From Octopus sinensis (taxonomy: Eukaryota): 64,000 nt of DNA. Location: assembly GCF_006345805.1 (NCBI RefSeq), contig NC_043001.1, positions 100,068,001 through 100,132,000 on the forward strand. Direction: 5' to 3'. The position numbers and the translations under genes were made by a program. Positions 13,438-26,766 of this stretch are shown in pieces (within the stretch, counting starts at the first letter, position 1; each line of letters opens with the position of its first letter). The notes under the pieces were generated by a model. The model was given only the letters and a program-made list of their open reading frames with translations, searched no databases and was not told the DNA's origin.

Positions 13438-13445
<8 letters not shown>
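13185..13445. repeat. 24-bp minisatellite (ACATATATATACGTATAAGTACAT)n, about 10 copies
   Basis: 8-residue periodicity YIHIYTYK in the translations; a variant unit (CGTAC instead of AAGTAC) at the left end. Confidence 0.9.
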
Positions 13446-13476
<31 letters not shown>

Positions 13477-14559
13477 GTATATATATATGCGTACATCATA
13501 TATATATATATGCATGTGTACTATTTACATCATCCACAGAATGGATTATGTAAACAAAACGTGTATAGCACGTATAACCATTCCAACATACTTCGGCACA
13601 CTATCCCTCTAGCCACTTTCGACCATCAATGTGAGGGTCAACTTAAGTGTATAGTAAAGCTTATGTGCCCAACATGAAATGCAGTGGAATTGAACTCTAG
13701 ACCTTGTAACTGAAGACAACTGTTTCACATCAACCGTTGATATATTTCAATATATAATGTGAGTGTATTTGTAAATCCTCTGTTCTGAGCGGCTGCCAAC
13801 GCATCTTTTTACATGGTTCACATATTTTCAAATATTTTATAGTCTGTGACAATTTCGTGATACTTTGTTTAAATTCAGAATAAATGTGGCTGTCCGTTAA
13901 ATAGCGATCAACAAAATACACATCAGCTGTTTAGATAGATGGGGTTGACTTGCTCGACTCGAAAATGCATGCATGCATGCATGCATACATACATACATAC
14001 ATACATACGTACGTACGTACGTATTTATATGTGTATGATAGGTTGCACAAGCAGGAGAAATGAAATGTAATCAACTAAATATCGCGTTTATATTATTTTA
14101 TTTATAATAAAGTAGCTACACTGGTAACTTTTGGACGGCGGTTTCAAAACGAAAGCACTTACGAAACGTGAATAAATAGGTTTCCGTTTTAAAATTTTAT
14201 TCCCTATTCGTGAAACCTGCGTATATATGAATACTCTAATCCACACATACAACCATCTGTCTGTCTGTCTACTTAAAGGCATGTATCTGTGTAATTCATG
14301 CAATACACAAGCATACACGTGCATGCGCGCGCACACACATAAACTCCGACTTTGCTGAGTGTTGCAGTTTGATGGAAACCCTTTCACGTTGGCGGATCAA
14401 TGAATCAGCCTTTCTCGAAGAGACACACGTGCTTTTCCGTGTCGCTTCTTCTTACTACACTTTCGCTCTCTCTCTCTCTCTCTCTCTCTCTGTTGCCAAC
14501 ATATGTGTGTGTGTGTTGGTGCAAACGGGAAAAATAGGACTCAAAATATGAGTATATGC

Positions 14560-14611
<52 letters not shown>

Positions 14612-14749
14612 ATACATACTTATTACATATGTTTGCATGTATGTAGGAACGTTGTATGTATGTATATAATATGCACGCTGACAGATTATATACATGCATA
14701 TATAATGTGTAAGTGTGTATGTATGTATGTGTGTGCGTATATATATATA

Positions 14750-14788
<39 letters not shown>

Positions 14789-14946
14789 CGTTTATGACTC
14801 GTATTACTACCTCAGTCAATCTAAATGTATATATATATTTGCCACTACCTGTCATAAATAGCCTTTTCTATCTGCAATATGCATTTTCGTTGATTTTTCA
14901 TATTTTATCCCTATATATATATATATATATATAATATATATATATA

Positions 14947-14982
<36 letters not shown>

Positions 14983-15423
14983 TTGCATATATATATGCAT
15001 GTATATTTTTATTATATTTAGCAGAAGTTGATACTTATCAAAGTGGTAAGTGCCAACGCACGAAACTCTCGGACATTGAGTCACTCAGTTACTTCTGCTA
15101 AATATTAATAAAAAAATATATGCATATATATACAGACAGACATACATACATACACACACATATATATATTTATATATATATATACACACACACATATATA
15201 CATACACACATATATATTTATATATATATACACACACACACACATATATACATACACACACATATATATTTATATATATATAGACACACACACACATATA
15301 TACATACACACACATATATATTTATATATATATACACACACACACACATATATACATACACACACATATATATTTATATATATATACACACACACACACA
15401 CATACATACACACACATATATAT

Positions 15424-15470
<47 letters not shown>

Positions 15471-15973
15471 CACATACATACATGCATACATACACAAACA
15501 TACTCATATATGTATATAATCTGTTAGCGTGCACGTTATATACACACATACATACACACACATATATACATACACACACATATATATATATATATATACA
15601 CCACACACACATATATATATACACACATACATACATATCCCTGACAGTCTTTCACGCCCGATCTTTGTGTGTGCGTGTGTGTGTTGTAATAGTGTTTATA
15701 GTGCCTTGGTAGCGTTAATGGTAGTAGTAGTAGTTGTGGTGGTGATGGTTGCGGTGGTTGTAAAGTCCGCTGCGGTGGCGGTGGTTACGAGTGCGTTCGG
15801 TGGTAAATTGTGGAGGAAGCGAAGCGTCGGTACCAAGGAAAGACCCAAATATTCTTTGTTCAAGCAAATTCGCCCCTGCTTATAATATTCTCTCCGCCAA
15901 GCTTTGTGGATACCTGAGTGCGCTGCGGTGGTTTAGCTACAGTGACCACCCAGCATAACAGTACTCGTAGAGA

Positions 15974-16027
<54 letters not shown>

Positions 16028-16127
16028 TGTTTTATTATAAACAGACGAGGTGGTGGTGTGGTGCCTTCAAGTGATGGTAGGTTTTTATGAAGTTAGTGAA
16101 GGTGGTGGTAGTAGTAGGGACATTATC

Positions 16128-16353
16128 TGTTTCTTTATTGCCCACAAGGGGCTAAACACAGAGGGGACAAACAAGGACAGACAAATGGATTAAGTCGATT
16201 ACATCGACCCCAGTGCGTAACTGGTACTTAATTTATCGACCCCGAAAGGATGAAAGACAAAGTCGACCTCGGCGGAATTTGAACTCAGAACGCGACGACA
16301 GACGCAATACTGCTAAGCATTTCGCCCGGTGTGCTAACGTTTCTGCCAGCTCG
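16128..16353 (-). mobile_element. SINE S1 with 12-bp TSD
   Basis: AGGGACATTATC at 16116-16127 and 16354-16365. Confidence 0.9.
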
Positions 16354-17029
16354 AGGGACATTATCGAACCCGGCACCAACGTTGTTATCGCGTTTCAATT
16401 CTGGGTTTAGTTCCAGACATCAAAGCCCGGGGAAACGTTGGAACGGCTGGGGAGCTTCTATACATTCACTTGTGCAGCGCATCATTTTGTGGGCAGATAA
16501 TCACACACACACACACCTGTCATCACATACAATAATGTTTTATGCGATGGTGACATGGTAAGAAAGCGTATGATGCCCATTGTGATAGTATGTGTACATA
16601 CGCACATACATACACACATGTATGTATGTATGTATGTATGTATGTATGTATGTATGTATGTATGTATGTATTGTTGTGATAACTAGTAATGATGTGTGCA
16701 TGTGTGTATACTCACCGTATGTCCACCCTGTGTTTAATACAGTATTCAGTGTTACAAGTCGTGGCAAGGATATTTAAAGAGTAAACGATGCACTTGGTTT
16801 AATGCCTGGATATTTCAACACCTAAACACATTGAGCAAACAGCATGGGCACTAAAACACACACACACACACACTGTCACGTGGTTTGGTCTGGTTTCTTA
16901 AGCTCGATGTCCTAAACGTCAACCACTTTACACACACGCATACATATACACATACATACACTTTCACACATATGCAAATATATATATATGCACATGTATG
17001 TATAAAGTGTGTGTGTGTATATATATTAC

Positions 17030-17190
17030 TCTTTACTCTTTTACTTGTTTCAGTCATTTGACTGCGGCCATGCTGGAGCACCGCCTTTAGTCGAGCAAAT
17101 TGACCCCGGGTCTTATTCTTTGTAAGCCCAGTGCGTATTCTTATCGGTCTCTTTTGCCGAATCGGTTGTCAAGCAATGCTAGGGGGACAA

Positions 17191-17225
<35 letters not shown>

Positions 17226-17368
17226 CGACAGGCTTCTTTCAGTTTCCGTCTACCAAATCCACTCACAAGGCATTGGTCGGCCCGGGGCTATAGTAGAAGA
17301 GACTTGCCCAAGATGCCACGCAGTGGGACTGAACCCGGAACCATGTGGTTGGTTAGCAAGCTACTTAC

Positions 17369-17375
<7 letters not shown>
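17030..17375 (-). mobile_element. Composite tRNA-derived SINE, family S2 (CORE-like CTTGGGCA domain, internal microsatellite, (AAAGAGT)n tail)
   Basis: Homologous to 32525-32930, 52645-53010, 30775-30995 and 4525-4740. Confidence 0.8.
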
Positions 17376-17424
<49 letters not shown>

Positions 17425-17425
<1 letters not shown>

Positions 17426-18240
17426 TCCTTCTCTTCCACTTTGACGACACAAATTTCAAAGAGATTTCGTTTCTATCCATGAGATCAAACCTGTCATTAC
17501 CTTCTGACTGCCACCAATACGGACAAGCAATAGAGCGTAGGGCTCTTAACACTTGTCATTCCTGGATCTTTTCCAGGTTTATGGATGATATCTTAATATT
17601 GATTCTTCTTAGGAAACTTAACATATTATACAAATTCAACAGCGTTGTCAACCCTATAGATTCCAAAATCAAATACCCCGATGACAGCTTACCTCCTTCG
17701 CAGTTCGATTCCTAGCCCAACAGGAAGGATCTATCCACCCCACTTTCTACAAGAAAGCAACCAGCAGGGACCTATTTATGCGCTACGTTTAGGCCATTCT
17801 CAACAGTAACAAAGCTATCTTCATACAAAACGAAATTTCTTGGATACGCAACAGTTGCAGCATGGGTACTTAAAGCTATCAACAGACGATTCCAGAAAGT
17901 TCTACTAAATAATGGTTATCAATCATCTTTGGCCAAATGCTAGAAGGTTCGTATATATGAAAGGAAGATCTACACTTTCAGAGAATGTTTCTATTACTGT
18001 TATGTAATTATTTAAGCATTTTGATGTGACACGTTACGTCCTATAAAGCATCGGATATCATAACTGTTTTCTGCTTATTATTATTGGCTTATGTCTCGTA
18101 GTTGATGTGTCGTTCTACAATGGATACTAGAGTGGAGTGTGGAACCCACTACTGAATTTCGTTTTTGGTTGCGTGTCACACTTTAGTGTGCAGCCCACAA
18201 GAAAGAAAGAGACCTTAATATTATGTAAATGGAGGAAATT
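17425..18240 (+). mobile_element. Penelope-like retroelement RT remnant
   Basis: FHFDDTNFKEISFLSMRSNLS (cf. F.F....Y.Q..GLAMGSPLS), WIFSRFMDDIL (cf. RYVDD), FYKKATSRD (cf. YRKPTHTD), LLNNGY. Confidence 0.75.
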
Positions 18241-18241
18241 T

Positions 18242-18414
18242 ATCTGTAAAATAATATGTGACAATTATTCGGTAGCTAAGATAAAACTCTGAGTTTCGGA
18301 TGCCAAGGTGGAAATCCACAACACCATCACTTCGGTTACCTGGCCAGATAACCGAAGAGATGGTGTTGTAGCCATCTTGGCTACCGAATAATTGTCACAT
18401 ATTATTTTACAGAT
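18242..18414. repeat. Branched fold-back with degenerate HHR on minus strand (18280-18340)
   Basis: ~40-bp outer inverted repeat plus ~27-bp inner hairpin; minus strand ggtaa-CCGAAGT-gatg..catcc-GAAAC-TCAGA-GTT-ttatc. Confidence 0.8.
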
Positions 18415-18523
18415 ATATATATATATATATATATAAAGTTAATCCAAACAAGAAAACAAAAAGACAACAACGCAAGGATGTGGAACAAATAAAGTATTAT
18501 TGGACGCTCAGGTAAGAAGGGAA

Positions 18524-19789
18524 GAAGTTGGCAGCTAAGTCCCCGCCATTTTTTTAAATTTTGGAATTTATTGCGCGTTTAAATTTTGGAATCTTTTTTT
18601 CGAGAATTCTATTTTTGAATCATATTGGAATTTTTTTTTTTTTCTAGTTAATTTTAGTTAATTCTTGTTTATTTTCAGATCATTAAAATGGAGTGTCAAG
18701 AAGAACGAGCACTTTCGACACCTCCTTCTTTTTGCTTTTAATCAAGGTTCTAAGGCCGCAAAAGCTGCTTGCGACATTTGTGCTGTGTATGGAGAGGGTG
18801 TTGTAGCTGAAAGAACTGCTTGTAATTGGTATGCCAAGTTCAAAAATGGAAATTTTGACCTCAAAGATGCACTTCGTTCTGGCCGTCCAGTTGAGTACGA
18901 TGAAGAGCGATTAAACCAACTTTTGCTCGAAAATTCTCGTCAAACGATAAGGAAACTGGCAGAGAAAATAGAATGCTCCCACACTGCTATAGAGAAGCAT
19001 CTTCACTCGATGGGAAAGGTTCAGAAGTATGGAGCAAGAGTTCCGCATGCTTTAAGTGACAACAACAAAACTGAACGAGTCACAATCTCCGCTTGTTTGC
19101 TTGCTCGTCACCGCTCAACTCTTGGACACAAGCAACGATTTCTTTACCAAATCATTATTGGCAACGAAAAATGGTGCCTGTACATCAATATGACGCAGCG
19201 TAAGGAATGGTTTAGCCCCAGTAAACAAGCGACACCACGCATGAAACAAGATCTTCATCCGTGTAAAACGATGTTGTGCGTACGGTGGGACTGAAAGGGA
19301 TTATCCATTACGAATTGCTTGAATGGAACCAAACGGTCAACGCGGAACTCTATATTCAACAGATGGACCGACTCAACACGGCTACAAATCGGCAGCATGG
19401 AATTCTGCTGTATGACGCCTTCCCTCATATCGCCAATATGATCAAGGAAGCCATTCAAACGCATGGCTGAGAAATGCTGGCACACCTGCCGTACTCTCCT
19501 GATTTGGCACCAACGGATTTCCACCTCTTTCGATCTCTTTCAAATGCTTTGCGCGGATTTTCGTTCAATACTGATGCAAAATTGAGAGCTTGGTTAGATT
19601 AATTTTTCGAGTCGGAATCGAGTGATTTCTTCGAACGAGGTATTGAACATCTTTTTGAATGTTGAGAAGAAGTTGTAAACAACAAGGGTGAATACGTTAT
19701 TGATTAATTAGTTGTTATTTTTTTAATTAAAACTTTTAAAAAATTTTAATTTAAAAAAAAATGGTGGAAACTTAGTTGCCAACCTAATA
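18524..19789 (+). mobile_element. Near full-length mariner (DD34D type) transposon, inactive
   Basis: TIRs GTTGGCAGCTAAGTCCCCGCCATTTTTTT / AAAAAATGGTGGAAACTTAGTTGCCAACCTAATA; HTH and RSGRP region, GNEKW, YSPDLAPTDFHLF; stops and frameshifts; abuts a truncated family-A element. Confidence 0.93.
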
Positions 19790-19973
19790 CAAAAATTCTT
19801 ACGAGGGATATATAATCCTAGCGGTTACCGTGTTCGTTCTTATCGGTTGTGAATGCCAGCTAGCCACAGTAAGTGTTTACGAAACTCGAGTTAGTTAAAT
19901 CTACTATACTCAGTTATTCCTCACTTGGCAAATCTGAATGTCCTTATAAGGACTGCATATTTCTGTAGAGAAA

Positions 19974-20210
19974 ATAATGAAGTTAATGAAGATCAAGAGA
20001 ACGGAAATTTTCACATCCAAGTTTTATTATACAGTCATTAACATAGTTCTTCCCTTAGACCTACGACTCGTCTCCTCAAGAGGCACACCTGTGTGCTGCA
20101 GCTTGCAGTAGAAACACGCGTAGATCTGAACGTAAAACTATATTAATAACTGTATAATAAAACCTGGATGTGCAAATCTCCTCTCTCCTGATCTTCATTA
20201 ATTTCATTAT
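19974..20210. repeat. Fold-back (~70-bp arms) enclosing the 3' half of an HHR
   Basis: ATAATGAAGTTAATGAAGATC...ATAGTT / AACTAT...GATCTTCATTAATTTCATTAT; loop contains TGCTGCA-gct-TGCAGTA-GAAAC-ACGC-GTA. Confidence 0.8.
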
Positions 20211-20234
20211 ATATATATATATATATGGCTTCTG

Positions 20235-20440
20235 TCGCCATGATAGATCGTTAGCCACTACACATTTTTTTCTCTCTCCTTTTTTTCCGCTCTTTGTTTC
20301 TTCTGTGTCCCTTTCTGTAGAAGAGCGTAGGCTCGAAACGTAAAAGACTTTTTCTATTCCTGAGCGTTATACTAATACATCTGTTTGTTTTGTACACCAC
20401 CTGTCTTCGTCTTTTGTTTTTTTTCGTAAACTCTCCCTAT
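20235..20440 (+). mobile_element. Penelope-like terminal fragment, family B, with minimal HHR variant at 20311-20346
   Basis: cttt-CTGTAGA-A-GAGC-gtag-GCTC-GAAAC-GTA-aaag; flanked by (TA)n. Confidence 0.7.
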
Positions 20441-20512
20441 ATATATATATATAATGTATACGCACAAAAGTACATAAGCATGTATGTTTTTATATCAAGC
20501 AATCAATATATA

Positions 20513-20681
20513 TACTAGCAAAGCTGGGGAGGGAGGGCGATAGGGAAGGTCTGCCCCGGGCGGCACTTTTAAAGGACACCACTTCTGGATCTGCTATAGG
20601 CAATTTATGGTTTTTGTGGGGTCCGGGGGGCGGCAAACGGAAGGGCCGCCCCGGATGGCACACACTCTAGCCACGCTAGTG
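20513..20681. mobile_element. GC-rich hAT-like MITE within (TA)n
   Basis: Imperfect TIRs TACTAGCAAAGCTGG / CTAGCCACGCTAGTG and subterminal GCCCCGG motifs. Confidence 0.5.
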
Positions 20682-21869
20682 TATATATGTATGCATATGT
20701 CTATACAAACATATATCAATGTCCTTACTGTCGCTAACCCTTTGTCTGCTTCCAAGCAAGGTAATATTTCCCTATGGCTTGCCCCTAAATATTCTTGCAG
20801 CAATTTGAAAATGAGTGAAGCTAGAGATGTATGATAACAACAACCATTTACAACTATCACACAATGTTAAGACAAGGAGACAACACAAATGTACACACGT
20901 ACCAAGAAACTTATACGTGTGTGTGTGCGACGGGCTTCTTTCAGTCACCTTCCACCAAATCCACTGGCAAGGTAATGGCTAGCCTTGAGCTATAGTAGAA
21001 GACACCTGTCCAAGTTGCCACGCAGCGAACTGTACCCGGAAGTATGTGGTTCGGAAGCAAACTTCTTAAACCACGACGACACACACACACACACATACAT
21101 ACATAAATGTGTCTGCGGATCGATAGATAAATATACATGAGTATTGCGCACTCATATGTATGTAAGTATATGTGTTTGTGAGTGTATAATATCGATAAAT
21201 TTACAAGTGTATTGTGTATCTACATAAGTACATGTGCACAGCACACGCACCTGTATGTATATGTATATATTCATAAATGTGTGTGTCTGAACACATCCAT
21301 TTGCCTATGTTGACGTGTGCGTGCGTGCGTGCGTGTGTGTGTGTGTGTTACTCTATGTGTTCAGCGCAGTCTATTCATTGCCGTTCATCGATAATGTCCT
21401 TATAATAATTATTGCATGTCTATGATGGATGAAGAACGTGAAAAACCATGCCGTTCATTTGTTTAGTGCGGAGGTGTTCGGTTGAATGTTGGTTAATAGC
21501 AGCAGCGTGGCAATGTGGAATTACGTGGAAAGGCGCAAAACAGTTGGCAATTAGTTTAGAGAAGAAATATTAAGAGGAAGTATGGAATAGAAAGAAAGGT
21601 AGATCGGAAAAGGGCAGGACTTGTAGCAAAACGACTAATATATTTGAAAGAAGGAAATGGAAAATGACAATGTGAGATGCTGAGAGCTCTTTTTCGAGAT
21701 GACAGACACGTAAAAGAAAGACTGAGAAATTTGTTAATATTTTATTTTTTGAGAAGTGAAAAAGAAAACGTGTCTCGAAGTGAAATATATAATTTCCAGT
21801 TGAGTATTTTTTTTTTTCTTTTTTGTACTTGTTTCAGTCATTTGACTGCGGCCATGCTGGAGCACCGCC

Positions 21870-22032
21870 TTTAGAGTGGTGAAAGAGTACAGCAGGGATC
21901 ACCACCATCCCCTGCCGGAGCCTCGTGGAGCTTTTAGGTGTTTTCGCTCAATAAACACACACAACGCCCGGTCTGGGAATCGAAACCGCGATCCTCCGAC
22001 CGCAAGTCCGCTGCCCTAACCACTGGGCCATT
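21870..22032 (-). mobile_element. tRNA-derived SINE head (third family)
   Basis: Minus strand TGGCCCAGTGGTTAGG...GGTTTCGATTCCC; related to 23740-23830; no CCA end or proper acceptor stem. Confidence 0.65.
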
Positions 22033-23057
22033 GTTTTCTTTCTTTTTTTTTTTTTTTACTGCTAAGTGGAAACGAGAAAAAAAAAATACACGAAATATTT
22101 ATTGCCTGAGGTGCAACATCGTAGAATTGAACACGGGTTCTCCTGTTTGCGAACCGAAGCTCTTAACCATTTTGGCAACCTTGTGGACGCAACACACACA
22201 CACACACACACACATACAAATGTTCTTTTGTGAATGTGCATTATACACTCACGCACTTGTCGATACAAAAATTATTTCCGAATACACACCCACATAAATC
22301 AGGTAAGACTGTACTTGCATGCCTACTACACAGATAAATACATAAATACTGCGTGTGTGTGTGTTCGCGCACGCACATACACACACACACACATTTATAT
22401 ACACGAACGTATCAGCGTGTCTCAAACAGAGGAAACTATCCGCGCTTTCACATCTCCTTGCCCTGCCTGTGTGTATATATCTGTGCGTGTGTGTGTCTGT
22501 TGGGAGTAATTATTGGGTTCATTTGTTTCATGGTAATAAAGAAACTAAAAGTAGAGAGGAAGAGTAGCATTTTCGAGTGAGTGTAGTGACTTCTAGGAAC
22601 AGCTAGAAATGGTAAGAACTTGCCAGAAGCGGAGTGAAAACAACGAGTGGATGAAGAAGGATAACAAATAAGTACCATTTGAAAGAAACATGCAGTCAAG
22701 TACAGTGTACTTTGAAAGCCAAGTAATATAGACACATACAGTGAAGTACGTAAACATACAATGCATACACCCACCGAAGACAAATTTTAGAATTATAAGA
22801 TGGATTTTAAAACTGTTTGCCGATATAGATTGCTTACAGATGAGAATACACACATACACACACGTTTCCAGATAAAAAAAAAATTGACTTAAAGTATCGA
22901 ACGTATTAGGATAGAGACTAATTCTTCCAAGGAGGCAGTTCACGTTGTCGCTACTTCAATTTCGTATTTTTGACGCATTGTTTAACAAATCAAATACATT
23001 ATATATATATACATATATATATATATTATATATATATATATATAATTCTAGCAAAAA

Positions 23058-23095
23058 CTGTCTGATGAACGGCAACGAGAAACTCAGAGTAACAG
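23058..23095 (+). ncRNA. Minimal type-I hammerhead ribozyme candidate with canonical core
   Basis: ctgt-CTGATGA-a-cg-GCAA-cg-a-GAAAC-TCAGA-GTA-acag; 4-bp stem I, GNRA-capped short stem II, quasi-palindromic stem III. Confidence 0.6.
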
Positions 23096-23127
23096 ATTTT
23101 GTTGAATTTTCTGCTGCTTTAAATAAA

Positions 23128-23182
<55 letters not shown>

Positions 23183-25054
23183 ACACAGAGAACAGGTAAA
23201 GGCATACCTAGATAAGTGTACCTCACCTGACTTAGTTTCCTCATAACTTTTAGTGAAACATTTTTTTTAATGAAATTTTCTACTTATTCATATCAGATGG
23301 GGGAAGGTGATGGTTTGGTTATGTTGGAATTTGCACTGAAAATTCTTTCGGAGAGTGGAGAACCTGTTCATTGTAAAAATCGCTGAGTAATCTGCAAGTG
23401 TTAATATGTATTACATAATCCTCTGTCACAATCGTTGTGTCAGTGTGTGCCGAACCTTGTTCTTTGAATTACAAGTCCAACACTTCCATATTCTCCCCAT
23501 CTAACTTATTTTAATGTTGTAAAGCACTCTTTTCTAGGGTATGCCAATGCAGTGAGGTCGAACCCTCCAATCTATTACTGGGAAGCGAACTTCTTGATCG
23601 CTTGGAAACTCCTCTTCACACATACACACACATGTTCGTATACATATATACATACAAGCATATGTACGCGCACGCACACAGTCACACACACACACATGCG
23701 CGCACACGCACATTTATATATATATGTATGTGCAGGTGTATGGCCCACTCGGTTAAGGCATTGCATTGACGATCATGAGATCGTGGCTTCGATTCCCAGA
23801 CCAAGCGGTGCCTTGTGTTCTTCAGCAGAATCCTTTATTTCACGTTGCTCTGCGGTCATTCCAACACCTGGCACAATGGCACACTTGTGCTCCCGTCAGA
23901 CAATGGTGATCTGATGGAAGGTGTGAGCTTAAGGGCAACACAAACAGTTGATCCCTATAAAAAAATCATCCCTGTGTCTGTTCAGCAAGATATTGTGGAA
24001 TCGTCATCCGTCGTCTAACGACGTGGGAGTCCATGATATATGCACATACATATGTATACATATGTAAATACACACACACACACACATGTATTATATACAT
24101 CCATATGTGTGCGTATGTATATAAATATTCATATATAGGTAATATGTGTGTATGTGTGTGGCTAGATGTCCTTCCTCATACCAACCACTTCACAGAAATT
24201 AGTCTCAAATGTACTGAGTGCTTTTTACATGGCACCAGCACCAGGTGGGTTGGGTTGCTACGTAACTAATTAATATCCCCACTGTGTGTGTGTGTGTAAG
24301 GCTACAACAGAGAGGGCAAGTTAATGGATGGCTACAGCACAAAGAGAGGGGCCAGAACAGATTTCTTGTTGTAGAAGTGCATGATTGCTGATACAGAAAT
24401 GGATGGGAGTAATCTAAAGTGATGATGAGATTCAGAGGGAGCTCGGAGGATGTAAGAAGTGGAAGGGAGGCTGGGATAAGGTGGCAAGAGTGTATGGGGA
24501 GAAAGAAGGAGAGCAAGGAATGAGGTAGGGATATAAATGTACTGAACATTGGGGTCAAAGTTAGGGTTTCAATGACCGATAGGTGTTGGATGGAAGGTCA
24601 GGAGACTGGTAAGGGTATGGAGGGGGATGTTATGAATGGGGGAAGGGGGGTAATCCATGACACCTATGAGTTGTGAAGTAGGTCCTGATTGGCAGGATAG
24701 AGGAGGGTGAAGACCAACAGAATAGATGACTTGTGGACAGGGAAGTTGCAAGAGTGGGAGTGGAGAGCAACATGCATTGCATGGATCTTTCTGTGTCCGT
24801 TCACACACACATACATGCATATTATTATAGATATATGTAATATATATATATGAATATATGTGTGTGTACATATATAGGATACATCCCAAATTCCGCTGAG
24901 ATCAACACTGCCTTTCATCCTTTCAGGGTCAATAAATAAAGTACCAGTTTCACACTGGGGTTGATGTAATCGACTTAATCCCTTTGTCTGTCCTTGTTTG
25001 TCCCTTCTATGTTTAGCCCCTTGCGGGCAGTAAAGATATATATCTATGTATATA

Positions 25055-25087
<33 letters not shown>

Positions 25088-25413
25088 ATATATATATACG
25101 TCAATTGTAAAGGCATTACTGCAGCTGGAATATTATTTTGCCATAATCATTAGAGAATCTCTGGGCACAAACCACACTGAAGTCACCTGTGCCATTCATT
25201 GTTATGAAGACAATAAATAAAGGACAACTTCTCTGTCACTTGTTGATTCATCTCTTCTTATCCCTCTTCCTGCCTTCCTGTGCACCTGTGTGTTTGTGTG
25301 TGCATAGTTAGAAATATAACTATATCTTTCTGTTTTTCTATCTATTACTGGTTTCAGCCAGTGGCTGAGGCCATGCTGGGGCACTGGCCTTCAGTATGAT
25401 TAAGCTCACTTTC

Positions 25414-25454
<41 letters not shown>

Positions 25455-25569
25455 TTTAAGTAATTGAGATTCAAGTGAATTCTAATGAATTCACATGAAT
25501 ATGGTCCTTAACTAGGATGCACCGGAAATCTATATGGTGTTAACCATACGACAAGTGGGGTGATTACAA

Positions 25570-25691
25570 ATAGGAAAAAAGCAACAAGAATGGATTAAAA
25601 TCTCGGTACAATTGTTTCGTACGAGGACATCTTTAATAAGCTACAAAAAATGCAGTAAATATAGATGGCTCGTACTTTTTGTTGCTTTTTT

Positions 25692-25696
<5 letters not shown>
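25570..25696. repeat. Fold-back with HHR 3' half on minus strand
   Basis: Outer ATAGGAAAAAAGCAACAA / TTGTTGCTTTTTTCCTAT; minus strand GTACGAG...CTCGTAC-GAAAC-AATT-GTA. Confidence 0.75.
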
Positions 25697-25728
<32 letters not shown>

Positions 25729-26720
25729 AGACATATATACAGATTTGGATGCGTGGCAGCAACTTTGTTTCCTAAGTACCTAGTGCCAAGTTACGTCCCA
25801 CTCTATGGAATTTGGACAGGTGACTTCAACTGTAGCATTGGACTGACCAAAACCTTGAGATTGGATGTGGTAGATGGAAAGTAAAGAAAGATATATATGT
25901 ATATATATTTCTATGGATATATGTAAATGAATATGTTAATGTGTGTGCATATGTTTGTTTCCTTCCCCCTCACATGGGGTGATATTAGTATTTGAGTGCC
26001 ACAGTCATTCCTTACCAATATTCTGTAAGAATTCGTATGGCTGTAAGGAAATATTAACTTGCTTGGAAAACAAGTGGCAGTTGGCAAAGGTAAATCTGCC
26101 TCAAAAACACTATGCAAACATGGACAGAAGATGCTAAAAGGATGATAGGGATATGTTTATATATAGAAAGATAGAGAGAGACAAAGAAATATAAATACAT
26201 ACGTATATATGTGTATGTGTCCACACGTTTATATATATTCAATCTGTATTTCTTTGTCTCTCCTTTCTCTCTCTCTCACTACACACACACACACACACAC
26301 ACACACATTCCTTTGTTTACAAACATTTTTATGGGCAAATGCATCTGCTGTCGCCAATCATTACCTGTTCCTGGAGTAGGTTTTTATATACATGTCTTTA
26401 TTAACATTTTACAATTCACTGGTCTGCAAAATCTTTGAGCAATCGATTTTAATATCAACATGCAACGCAGACATTACAGCAGCATTCTGCACATGTGTTG
26501 ATATGCAATGCTGTTGCATGCACACACACACATTTGTACATGTGCATATATATATATATATATACATATACATGATATTGTATGTATGTATATATTTTGT
26601 ATATATATACACACATATATATATATATATATATATCATTGTGTGTATATACATATATCTGTTTGTGTACACGCACATGCCCACATATATGTATATGCAT
26701 ATATATAGATATACACATAT

Positions 26721-26766
<46 letters not shown>

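Noticed and set aside
13185-13445. CRISPR-like or coding periodic array
   Set aside because: No unique spacers; a simple minisatellite in eukaryotic DNA
383-16000. Many 60-170 aa ORFs rich in Y/I/M/V/H/T or poly-N/D/L/S (also throughout the window)
   Set aside because: Translations of microsatellites
18665-19294. Domesticated SETMAR-like gene
   Set aside because: No SET domain; frameshifted start, internal stops, first catalytic D changed to N, TIRs present
19860-19902. agct-AGCCACA-GTAA/TTAC-GAAAC-TCGA-GTT-agtt, hammerhead-shaped
   Set aside because: The 7-nt core bears almost no resemblance to CUGANGA
21960-22190. Possible tRNA genes
   Set aside because: Only A/B boxes are present with no paired acceptor stem, and they run into SINE bodies
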